Shown one piece after another: positions 26,070-34,417 of a DNA stretch of 45,341 nucleotides. The notes beneath the pieces were generated by a model. That model was given only the letters and a program-made list of their open reading frames with translations, searched no databases and was not told the origin of the DNA. The stretch spans positions 1 to 45,341 of the forward strand of contig JAIWAP010000002.1 in NCBI GenBank assembly GCA_048634345.1. The letters run 5' to 3'. The first letter of the stretch is position 1. Each line of letters starts with the position of its first letter. The position numbers and the translations under genes are program-made. The DNA is from Methanobacteriota archaeon. GTDB taxonomy: Archaea; Halobacteriota; Methanosarcinia; Methanosarcinales; Methanogasteraceae.

Positions 26070-26643
26070 AAAAACTGTTAGAAATAGACCAAATTCTCGA
26101 TAAACTCCTCGAAACCAGAGTGGAACGAGTTTTGGTAAATAACCGATATGGCTGGTCGTTTGTTCACCACAACGCGAGATATCAGAGAGCCTGATATGTC
26201 CAATATTTTCTATGGTGCTTTGTTGCAATCCTACGAGATACCGTCCAAGCCCCTGCACGTCTGTTATATCAGTCTGCACGTTTTTTCAGGCGGTCGATTA
26301 TTGGATTAAAATATAATTCTCAAAGTTGACCTGCAAACAAAAACTCCGGTATTTGACAGCGCGACGGTCCCCGGGGCTTTGCTTCGCATTCACGTTTGTC
26401 ATTCATCCGGGTGTTGCGCCGACTAATAACAGAGCCAGAAGTGGGCGCGAGTCAGGGACTATAGACAGCCTCCGAATGCTGATGGTGAGGCTGAGCGGCT
26501 AAACACGTACCTTTTTATATATCCTGCACGAAATGAGACCGTTTACGGCTCCCCGGTATATTACCGGATGAACCGGATGCAGAGTTGACGACCCGCGCAG
26601 GGAAGGGTATAAAAATGGCTTATAAACGGATCGGAAGGAAATA

Positions 26644-28641
26644 ATGAGAAGATCGTTGCCATTGCAGGAATTAATCGACTTCGACGAGCTTCAAGAGATC
26701 CAGGACGGATTTGCAAAGATTATCTGCACATCTTCAGTGATCTTTTCGCCGGAAGGGGACGCCCTGACCCGTTTCAGCAACCCAACCGGTTTTTGTTCGC
26801 TGATCCAGTCAACCAGAGAAGGGATGCAGTGCTGTTTCCAGTCATTCGCAGATATGAGTCGGGAAACCCTCGAGTCAGACGAGCCTGTGCTTATGCGCTG
26901 TTTCGCGCACGGCGCCCACTATGTCGCGCCGATCATAATCGATTGTGAGCGCAAAGCAACAATGTTTATGGGACAATTCGTAACAGAGGAGTTCTCCCCT
27001 GAGCAATTGAATGAACTCAGAGAAATCGCCGCGCAGATCGACGTGGATCCGGACCGGCTGGTCGCAGAAGCAAAGAAGATGCGTGTGGTCAAAGAAGACA
27101 TGGTCCGGAATTATGCAGCCTCGCTGTCACAGACTGTCAGGGTTATCGCGAGGCTGGGCGCGCAGGCGATCGAACTCATGCGGGCAAAAGACGCACTCCA
27201 GGAGTCACACGACAAACTGGAGTCCCGCGTAAAAGAGCGCACCGCGGAACTCGCTTTAGCAAACACCGGACTGAAACGAGAGATCGCCGAGCGAAAGCTT
27301 GCTGAATATCGTATTGAGCGCCTGAATAGCGTTCTCAAAGCTATCAGGAATGTTAATCAGTTGATCGTATCTGAGAAAGACCGGGACAACCTCCTCCGGA
27401 AAGCCTGTGACATCCTGTTAGAGGCGCGGGGCTACGATGCCGCGTGGTTCGGGCTCCTGCGGGATGATGCAACATTCGAGATGGTCCTGGGTTCTGACTC
27501 AAGACGCGATCCTTCCCGCTTCTGCGATGACATGGTTGGTAGGAGCCCTTCACCATGTTTCAAAGACGCGCTTTTCCGGAAAGAGAGGATTACGATCGTT
27601 GACAAATCCGTGGAGTGCAAAGATTGCACCTTCAGGAGCACTTATGCGGGCACCGCAACTGTTATCATCCGGGTTGAACACGCTGGAAAGCTCTTTGGGC
27701 TGCTCGCAATCGCGCTTGCCGCCGATGTCGATGCCGACGACGATGAAAAAGAACTCCTCCGGGAGGTTGCTTCCGACATTGCGTTTGCCCTCCATGACAT
27801 CGAGATGGAAGAAGTACGTGAAGCCATTGAAAACGCGCTCCGGGAGGGCGAGGAGAAGTACCGCACCCTGATTGAGAATATCCAGGATGGTGTATTCCTC
27901 ATCCAGGACGGGGAGCTTAAGTTTGTCAACGAGGCGTTCGCAAGGATACCGGGCTACACAGTGGAGGAGATCCTCGGGCTGGATTTCGGGGGACTTGTTG
28001 CGCCCGAGGACCTGGATATGGTTGCGGATCGCTACGTCAGGATGATGGCAGGGGAAGACGTACCCATGGAGTATGAGTTTCATGGCATACGGAAGGGCGA
28101 GGATACGCGAACCATCGTTCATATGACCGTTGGGCTCACCGAGTATCAGGGTAAGCCGGCAGCGATCGGAACGGTGAAGGATATAACCGAGCGAAAGAAA
28201 ATGGAAGGTGCGCTCCGGGATAGCGAGGAACGGTTTAGAATGATGTTTGAGAACATGAGTAACGCAGTAGCCGTTTATGAGGTGATTGACGAAGGGCGGG
28301 ATTTCATCTTCAAGGATTTCAACCAGTCAGCAGAGAAGCTGGATGATATGAAGAGAGAAGACCTGATCGGTAAAAGCTTGCTCGATGTATTCCCCGGAGT
28401 GGTTGATTTCGGACTTTTTGATGTTTTTCAGAGAGTATGGCAGACCGGAGAACCGGAGCATCACCCGATCTCTCTTTACAAGGAGGGGAGAATCAGTAGC
28501 TGGAGAGAAAACGATGTTTACAAGCTGCCATCTGGCGAAATCGTTGCGATTTATGAGGACATGACCGAGCGCAAGCGGCGCGAGGAGCGTGCAACGGGTA
28601 AACGAGGAACTGGGGGGGCGGGGGGAGGAGAGGACTGCTGA
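26644..28641 (+). CDS. cytoplasmic sensor protein: PocR domain, coiled coil, GAF, two PAS domains (kinase module lost)
   Basis: PocR-type N-terminus (IQDGFAKIICTSSVIFSPEGDALTRFSNPTGFCSLIQ...CFAHGAHYVAPIII), a GAF-like middle region, and PAS repeats (EKYRTLIENIQDGVFLIQDGELKFVNEAF; ERFRMMFENMSNAVAVYEV). The ORF ends in a Gly-rich out-of-frame tail right after a G7-C-G6 tract. Confidence 0.75.
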   Translation: MRRSLPLQELIDFDELQEIQDGFAKIICTSSVIFSPEGDALTRFSNPTGFCSLIQSTREGMQCCFQSFADMSRETLESDEPVLMRCFAHGAHYVAPIIIDCERKATMFMGQFVTEEFSPEQLNELREIAAQIDVDPDRLVAEAKKMRVVKEDMVRNYAASLSQTVRVIARLGAQAIELMRAKDALQESHDKLESRVKERTAELALANTGLKREIAERKLAEYRIERLNSVLKAIRNVNQLIVSEKDRDNLLRKACDILLEARGYDAAWFGLLRDDATFEMVLGSDSRRDPSRFCDDMVGRSPSPCFKDALFRKERITIVDKSVECKDCTFRSTYAGTATVIIRVEHAGKLFGLLAIALAADVDADDDEKELLREVASDIAFALHDIEMEEVREAIENALREGEEKYRTLIENIQDGVFLIQDGELKFVNEAFARIPGYTVEEILGLDFGGLVAPEDLDMVADRYVRMMAGEDVPMEYEFHGIRKGEDTRTIVHMTVGLTEYQGKPAAIGTVKDITERKKMEGALRDSEERFRMMFENMSNAVAVYEVIDEGRDFIFKDFNQSAEKLDDMKREDLIGKSLLDVFPGVVDFGLFDVFQRVWQTGEPEHHPISLYKEGRISSWRENDVYKLPSGEIVAIYEDMTERKRREERATGKRGTGGAGGGEDC

Positions 28642-28790
28642 ACTAAAAACGCGCAAACGAGCAGTTGAATGCGACGATTGTGCAGGTATACCATGCGCAG
28701 AAGGTGGAATCATTGGGGATTCTTGCCGGAGGGATCGTACACGACTTCAACAACCCCTGGGACCATAACGGCTCTCTGGCAACATCATAA
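28642..28790 (+). pseudogene. frameshifted and truncated HisKA remnant of the preceding sensor
   Basis: In other frames: VNEELGGRGEERTAELKTRKRA, then QKVESLGILAGGIVHDFNNPW (H-box, His codon 28740-28742). A stop follows at 28788-28790. No HATPase_c coding sequence follows. Confidence 0.6.
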
Positions 28791-29020
28791 TCAATGCTTA
28801 CAACCCAAGTATCCCGCCCAAAAAAAATCAAAACCACCGCTCCACGACCACACACTTTCGAAATTTTGGTTATTTATTGTTTTGAAAAGCTCGGGTTTGT
28901 GGCGGTGTGGGGTATAACGAGTGAAACCAGAGCGAAACGAGCCGATATATGTATCCGCTTCAAATTAAGTGGTAACCGATGCACCATCTAAAAAATAGGC
29001 GATTTTGATAATTATCGTAG

Positions 29021-29131
29021 ATGCAGATTTCACAAATTTACGCTGATGTTGCCTTAAATCCGTGTAAGCAGTGTTAATCTGTGGCTTATATGACTTTTAG
29101 CCACAGATTAACACGGATGAACACAGATTGA
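29021..29131. repeat. CACAGATT-word element with a perfect 16-bp hairpin
   Basis: gtgttaatctgtggct (29071-29086) / agccacagattaacac (29099-29114) with a 12-nt loop. Flanking words: gcagatttcacaaattt and gaacacagattgag. Confidence 0.55.
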
Positions 29132-29203
29132 GTTTTTTTCTGTATATTTTCAGAAAGATTGAAGATGGGTTTTACCATGCTTTTTGAAGTGGATACCGAT
29201 CTA

Positions 29204-29953
29204 TCATTCTTTGTGTATAAAGATCTGGATCGAGCACAAAATCATGAAAATCCCAAAAAAAATTTTTAATGTGGTCGCAGGCAGGATATTTGCAACAATG
29301 GCACCGAAAATAGCTCCGATCATCGACGTGGGGATCAGGAATTTTATTGCGTCGGTGTCTATGTTATTGAATTTCTTGTGGAATATCGCTCCTGTAAGGG
29401 TGGTTGGCAGAATAACCGTCAACGAAGTGGCGACTGCTTCGTGTATCGACAGTCCGAAGAAAAGGTTTAGCATTGGAACCATTATCACGCCACCACCGAT
29501 GCCAAATAGGGCGGAAGCCGAACCGGCGATCAGACCCAGAATCACCAGCAGGGGGTATGCACTGGTATCTGAAACCGTTTCGGCAGGAAAATTTATTATC
29601 CCGGTCAATTTTAACCCCATAAAAAATAAGAGCGAGGCGAATAATTTTGTTAATAGTTTGACACTCATCTTATTTGCCAGTTCAGCACCAAACTTTGCAC
29701 CGATGATCGAGCCTGCAACGATAAATAACACGATAAAGAATTTGATATTGCTGCTTTCTATGATATAGTGTGCTATTATTCCAACGAAAGCAGTAGGAAC
29801 TATCGTTGCTAACGACGCACCGATCGCTCTCTTTATTTCGTAATTAAAGAATAGGATCAATGCTGAAATCATGATCGCACCTCCGCCGATGCCCAGAGCA
29901 GCGCTGCAGAACCCTGCGACCAGACCAAGAAGCAGCAAATTGAGATTCTTCAT
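29204..29953 (-). CDS. TauE/SafE family anion (sulfite/sulfonate) exporter-type permease
   Basis: 249 aa with about 7-8 TM helices. Duplicated GIGGG(A/V)IM motifs (AALGIGGGAIMISAL and ALFGIGGGVIMVPML) are typical of DUF81/TauE. By eye it is visibly more AT-rich than its neighbours. Confidence 0.8.
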   Translation of the reverse strand: MKNLNLLLLGLVAGFCSAALGIGGGAIMISALILFFNYEIKRAIGASLATIVPTAFVGIIAHYIIESSNIKFFIVLFIVAGSIIGAKFGAELANKMSVKLLTKLFASLLFFMGLKLTGIINFPAETVSDTSAYPLLVILGLIAGSASALFGIGGGVIMVPMLNLFFGLSIHEAVATSLTVILPTTLTGAIFHKKFNNIDTDAIKFLIPTSMIGAIFGAIVANILPATTLKIFFGIFMILCSIQIFIHKE

Positions 29954-30066
29954 CCGGTATCATATTTTGACGAACCCCCTGTAAAAACGTTGCTCGCCAG
30001 AATAGGCTGCGGCGCACTGTCAGGTATTTTTATGTACCTGCGACACAATTTTGATCAGGGATACGT

Positions 30067-30756
30067 ATGGCAAGGAAAAAGAAAACCGGCGACGCTGAAA
30101 AAACGGTCTTCACTCCGGAACTGGACAAAACCATAAAGAAGGGCGGGGCTGCGATCGCAAAGATCCTGAAAAACGACCCTGATGGGAGAAGCATCCGGGA
30201 TCTGATCGAATACCACTTGCAAGAGATCGATGATGGCACACGCGACGATCTTGCGATGGCTCTTGCCCTGGCGTTTGATGAGGCGGTCGAGCAGACGATA
30301 GCGTTTCCGCTATTCACCAATGATCCGCTGGTGCTTGCCGAGTACGAGCAGGTAGGTGTGCCTGAACGGGCGCTCTGGTTTCTCCGCTATCTTGTTTCGC
30401 TCTATGGTGCACGAGCCGAGGATGCGGTGATCCGCCTGGAGCATCCTGACGGATTGAAACAGACACATTTCACTACCAATTACGACGAAACAGGCACACC
30501 GCGCAGCATCACGATGAAACTCACCAGAGCGGACAACGATTCGATCATCATCACCGACGCGCCGGATTCGTACCTTTTTTTAGTTTATCAGATGCTTGGG
30601 CGGTTGGCTGGCATCGAGCCTCCGGATGCGGCGGATACGAGCATCAAGAACGCACTTGAAAGTATCGGGGACAAAGTCGAGGGCAGGGTCAGGGACGGCG
30701 CCAGAGACAGCATCACGGGCAGTATCAAGGATAGTACCAGAGAACCCAAATCGTGA
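30067..30756 (+). CDS. hypothetical protein (229 aa)
   Basis: Clean ORF with host-like composition. Basic N-terminus MARKKKTG. 4-nt ATGA overlap with the downstream amidohydrolase. No motif recognised. Confidence 0.55.
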   Translation: MARKKKTGDAEKTVFTPELDKTIKKGGAAIAKILKNDPDGRSIRDLIEYHLQEIDDGTRDDLAMALALAFDEAVEQTIAFPLFTNDPLVLAEYEQVGVPERALWFLRYLVSLYGARAEDAVIRLEHPDGLKQTHFTTNYDETGTPRSITMKLTRADNDSIIITDAPDSYLFLVYQMLGRLAGIEPPDAADTSIKNALESIGDKVEGRVRDGARDSITGSIKDSTREPKS

Positions 30757-31883
30757 TGGAAGAATATTTGCTCTCGGGAAGCATTCTCTGCGGCGATGAT
30801 TTTGAGGTGGTAGAAGGCTACATCCGCATCAGCGATGGTGTTATCACAGAGGTCTGCGAAGAACCGGGACCGGTGGACGCGCGGGCGCACGGCATTGTCG
30901 TGCCGTGTTTTGTGAATGCACACACACACATCGGCGATTCGGTGCTGAAAGACCCGCAGGTTGCGGATCTCGCCAGTCTCGTGCAACCGCCTGATGGACT
31001 CAAGCACCGGGTGCTACGCACAACCGACATGCACGATCTTGTGCGGGCGATGCGGGCAAGCATCCGTGACATGGCTGCAACCGGCACCTGCGCATTCGCT
31101 GATTTCAGGGAAGGAGGTTTGCGCGGGGTGCAGGCACTGCAACAGGCGGCAAGCTCTGCTCCTGTGGATGCGGTGATCTTTGGCAGACCGGAGGGTGCTG
31201 GCGGTGATGGTGCATATAACAGGAGTGATGTGGATATGGGGGGCGTGATGGACCTTAAAGATGAGATCGGCTCGATACTTGGCTGCGCGGACGGTATCGG
31301 GATCAGCAGCACCAATGATTACGGAGACGGGGTCGCAGCGGCAATCGCAGAGCACGCAAGGAAATGCGGCGGCAGGTTTGCGATCCATGCAGGCGAACTC
31401 GATTCGACAGATATCAAGGATGCGCTGACGCTAAACCCAGGTCTCCTGATACACCTGACGCACGCATCGGCTGATGACCTTTGCCAGGTTTCTGATCATG
31501 ATATCCCGGTTGCGGTCTGTTTGCAATCGAACCTCCTGACCAGAGTTGGCATGCCGCCGGTTGAGGCGATGTTTGCTGCGGATGTGACGGTTGCTGCCGG
31601 AACCGACAACGTGATGTTTAATTCGGTGGATATGTTTGCAGAGATGCGTTTTTTGTCTTCGATATTCAATCTGAGCGAGCAGCAGGTGCTCGGGATGTGT
31701 ACCAGATCTGGTGCGCTTGCACTCGGTCTGAACTGCGGGATCATCGAAATGGGGGCAGATGCGAATGTGATGGTGCTTGATAAGGATTCTTATAACCTTG
31801 TGGGTGCAAGAAACATCCTCAGAAGCGTGGTGCGGCGTGCAAGAGCCGGAGACATTCTGTTCTGTTCCTGCGGTAATGTTTAA
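30753..31883 (+). CDS. amidohydrolase superfamily protein (chlorohydrolase/aminohydrolase-like)
   Basis: VVPCFVNAHTHIGDS contains the HxH metal-binding motif. Later AIHAGE and GTDNVM match the His and Asp metal-ligand contexts of the amidohydrolase fold. Confidence 0.75.
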   Translation: MMEEYLLSGSILCGDDFEVVEGYIRISDGVITEVCEEPGPVDARAHGIVVPCFVNAHTHIGDSVLKDPQVADLASLVQPPDGLKHRVLRTTDMHDLVRAMRASIRDMAATGTCAFADFREGGLRGVQALQQAASSAPVDAVIFGRPEGAGGDGAYNRSDVDMGGVMDLKDEIGSILGCADGIGISSTNDYGDGVAAAIAEHARKCGGRFAIHAGELDSTDIKDALTLNPGLLIHLTHASADDLCQVSDHDIPVAVCLQSNLLTRVGMPPVEAMFAADVTVAAGTDNVMFNSVDMFAEMRFLSSIFNLSEQQVLGMCTRSGALALGLNCGIIEMGADANVMVLDKDSYNLVGARNILRSVVRRARAGDILFCSCGNV

Positions 31884-32015
31884 GATGTTACCAATCCGTT
31901 GCTATGATATGCCATTTCATGTCATGAACTCCCTACTGACCTGCTCCTTGATCTATCAGGTCCCGTGGCGTGACCTATCCCGTAGTCATAGACACACCAT
32001 GTGGGGCGTGGGGCG

Positions 32016-32744
32016 ATGAGGCTGGCAGCGCTGGTTTCGGGTGGCAAGGACGGCTTATATGCGGCGTATCTTGCCAGCAAGAGCGGGAATAGCGAGATCA
32101 GTGTCGTGGTTGCGATAAAATCGCTCAATCCGGAGTCCTACATGTATCACGTCCCGAATATTGATCTTGTCAAGCTTCAGGCAGAGACGATGCAGATCCC
32201 CCTGATCTTCAGGGAGACCTTCGGAGTGAAGGAAGAGGAGCTTTTCGACTTAAAAGCTGCTTTAGTAGAAGCAAAAGCCAGATACGGCGTGGAAGGCGTC
32301 GTTTCAGGAGCGATATACTCCAATTACCAGAAGAAGCGGATTGAGCGCATCTGTGCCGAACTTGGTCTGGTGAGCCACGCACCGCTCTGGAAGAGGAATC
32401 CGGGAGAACTCTGGAATGAGATGTTTGATGCAGGGTTTGAGGTGCTGATCTCGGCTGTTGCTGCTTACGGTCTCACAGAGGATTGGCTCGGACGGATAAT
32501 AGATAGAGATGCTTTTGAGGAACTGTGCGATCTCCACGGCATCTGTTATGTCTGCACAGGGGGCGAGGGTGGCGAGTTTGAGACGTTTGTCACGTATTGC
32601 CCGCTTTTCAAAGAGAAGATCGTGATCGAGGAGTCGCGGAACGTGTGGGATAAACAAACGATGAGCGGGCAATTGATCATCGAAAAAGCCGCCAGAACTC
32701 CCGTGTCGTCAGAACAGACGGTTGGATCACAAAATTCCGCTTGA
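32016..32744 (+). CDS. diphthine--ammonia ligase-like ATP pyrophosphatase (MJ0570/Dph6 family)
   Basis: MRLAALVSGGKDGLYAAYLA is a PP-loop-type SGGKD motif. VVSGAIYSNYQKKRIERICAELGL and GGEGGEFETFV are family signatures. Confidence 0.7.
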   Translation: MRLAALVSGGKDGLYAAYLASKSGNSEISVVVAIKSLNPESYMYHVPNIDLVKLQAETMQIPLIFRETFGVKEEELFDLKAALVEAKARYGVEGVVSGAIYSNYQKKRIERICAELGLVSHAPLWKRNPGELWNEMFDAGFEVLISAVAAYGLTEDWLGRIIDRDAFEELCDLHGICYVCTGGEGGEFETFVTYCPLFKEKIVIEESRNVWDKQTMSGQLIIEKAARTPVSSEQTVGSQNSA

Positions 32745-32873
32745 ATGCAGGGAGTCGCAATACGGTTTCGCTGGCATCAGCACTTGCAAATCGCGCAATT
32801 GCGACTTCCAACTATTCAAACAATCTAAACCCTTTTGTAGTAGTCCGGTGTATGACAGATGCGAGGTATTTCT

Positions 32874-33767
32874 ATGGAACTAAATGGAGTAGAGATCGAA
32901 GATACCTATGCAGAAGCCTTTGGCATCAAGATTGCACGGGTACTCATCACTGGCGCGAGCAAGCACTGGGCAATGGTTGCTGCAACGGAAGCAACGGGAT
33001 TCGGGACATCTGTGATCCTGTGCCCGGCAGAGGCTGGAATTGAGTGCGTGGTCGATGGCAGCAAGACACCAGACGGACGTCCGGGCGTCTACATCCAGAT
33101 ATGCACGTTCGGGTACAAGGCGCTTGAGGAACAGTTGCTGAATCGTATCAGTCAGTGTGTGCTCACAGCACCAACGACTGCTGTGTGGAACGGGCTTCCT
33201 GATGCAGAGAAGCAGTTCGATACCGGATTCAAGCTGAAGTTCTTTGCGGACGGGTATGAGTCAGAACTTGAGGTCGGCGGGCGGAAGGCTTATGCGATCC
33301 CGATGATGGAAGGAGATTTCATTATCGAGCACAGCATCGGTGCGGTTGATGGTGTTGCAGGAGGCAACTTCTTCATCCTTGCAGACAACCAGATGGCAGG
33401 ACTTGCGGCAGCAGAGAACGCTGTGGAGGCGGTCATGCAATGCGAAGGCTCAATCACGCCATTCCCCGGTGGAATTGTTGCAAGCGGCTCCAAGCCTGGC
33501 GCTGACACGTACACGTTCATGAAGGCAACAACGAACCAGAGGTTTGCTCCGACGCTCAAGGACAAGGTTGAGGACACAAACATCCCTGCAGATGTGAACG
33601 CGGTCTACGAACTCGTGATCAATGGTGTTGACATAGAGGCTGTGACTGCTGCAACCAAAGCAGGAATTGAGGCTGCTGTGAAGATTCCTGGCGTCAAGAA
33701 GATTACTGCTGGAAATTACGGCGGAAGTCTGGGCGCGTTCAAGGTTAATCTTGGCGATCTCTTCTGA
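32874..33767 (+). CDS. ftr: formylmethanofuran--tetrahydromethanopterin N-formyltransferase
   Basis: MELNGVEIEDTYAEAFGIKIARVLITG... gives 297 aa from the internal ATG, which matches the canonical Ftr N-terminus and length. Confidence 0.9.
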   Translation: MELNGVEIEDTYAEAFGIKIARVLITGASKHWAMVAATEATGFGTSVILCPAEAGIECVVDGSKTPDGRPGVYIQICTFGYKALEEQLLNRISQCVLTAPTTAVWNGLPDAEKQFDTGFKLKFFADGYESELEVGGRKAYAIPMMEGDFIIEHSIGAVDGVAGGNFFILADNQMAGLAAAENAVEAVMQCEGSITPFPGGIVASGSKPGADTYTFMKATTNQRFAPTLKDKVEDTNIPADVNAVYELVINGVDIEAVTAATKAGIEAAVKIPGVKKITAGNYGGSLGAFKVNLGDLF

Positions 33768-33775
33768 GATCGTCT

Positions 33776-33793
33776 CTCTTTTTATTTTTTATT
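33776..33793 (+). terminator. oligo-T termination tract after ftr
   Basis: ctcTTTTTATTTTTTATTc begins 9 nt after the ftr stop codon (33765-33767). Confidence 0.45.
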
Positions 33794-33862
33794 CAGATTG
33801 TTGATATACTCCAAAATGGAAGAATATACGCAATGTGAATCACTTCAGAGAGGTGTAGAGCT

Positions 33863-34156
33863 ATGAATACCAGAATTTGCAACGGCATCCGTGATCGAAA
33901 AGTCATCCGATTCTATTATGGCGGTGGCTTTCGTACGGTGGAACCGTTCTGTCATGGAATAAGTACGGTCGGAAATGACGTGCTGAGGGGCTGGCAAATC
34001 GGCGGCTATAGCGAGTCCGGCGAGCCACAAGGATGGAAACTATTCCAAGTGGATACGATTTCCCATCTGACAATTACTGATGAGGTGTTTGAGGGCAGAA
34101 GGCCCGGATACAATCCCAATGATTCGGCAATGCTGACCATCTATTGTCATGCGTGA
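33863..34156 (+). CDS. stand-alone WYL-like domain protein (97 aa, no HTH)
   Basis: RKVIRFYYGGGFRTVEPFCHGISTVGNDVLRGWQIGGYSESGEPQGWKLFQVDTISHLTITDEVF follows the WYL pattern (i.f.Y....R.veP...g.....L.gyq........Wr.F.ldrI..l....F). Confidence 0.6.
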   Translation: MNTRICNGIRDRKVIRFYYGGGFRTVEPFCHGISTVGNDVLRGWQIGGYSESGEPQGWKLFQVDTISHLTITDEVFEGRRPGYNPNDSAMLTIYCHA

Positions 34157-34272
34157 TATGCTATATCGATCCAGAGGAGGCGCACTACGTCTAACAGCGT
34201 CTATTCGCAATTGAGTTGATGCCTTACCCATCGCTTCGTTCGGGCAACTCCCCTCTTCGGTCGGAAGCTTGG

Positions 34273-34317
34273 GTATACGCGAAACGGCAAGCAAAATTCG
34301 TGCCGCCTTCGGCGGAC
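34273..34317 (+). repeat. left copy of a ~46-bp direct repeat bracketing the nuclease gene
   Basis: gtatacgcgaaacggcaagcaaaattcgtgccgccttcggcggac. It shares the identical blocks aagcaaaattcg and ccgccttcggcg (a 5-bp stem hairpin ccgcc-ttc-ggcgg) with 35712-35757. More hairpins lie just downstream (gctcgct/agcgagc at 34323-34346; aagcaaaat/attttgctt). Confidence 0.6.
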
Positions 34318-34417
34318 GCTCTGCTCGCTCATTTTGCTTAGCGAGCGGCGTGCCTACGCCTCCTGATAGGCTCGTTCGCTGAAATCGCTTGAAACCATCC
34401 TATGAAAAGGTGAGTCT

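Noticed and set aside
25821-26279. 152-aa minus-strand ORF in the long 25.74-26.64 kb non-coding region
   Set aside because: No start signals. It spans the CACGAAT-word repeat element, and its composition and peptide look non-protein-like. It could hide a very decayed gene, but nothing supports a call.
28611-28626. G7-C-G6 tract as a phase-variation switch of the sensor kinase
   Set aside because: A second frameshift and complete absence of the ATPase domain downstream mean that restoring the frame at the G tract would not restore a kinase. I treat it as a decay or possible sequencing-error site only.
34157-34417. Structured repeat region as an integron attC site
   Set aside because: No integron integrase gene in the window, and no clear R''/L''-L'/R' core sites (GTTRRRY) at the repeat borders.
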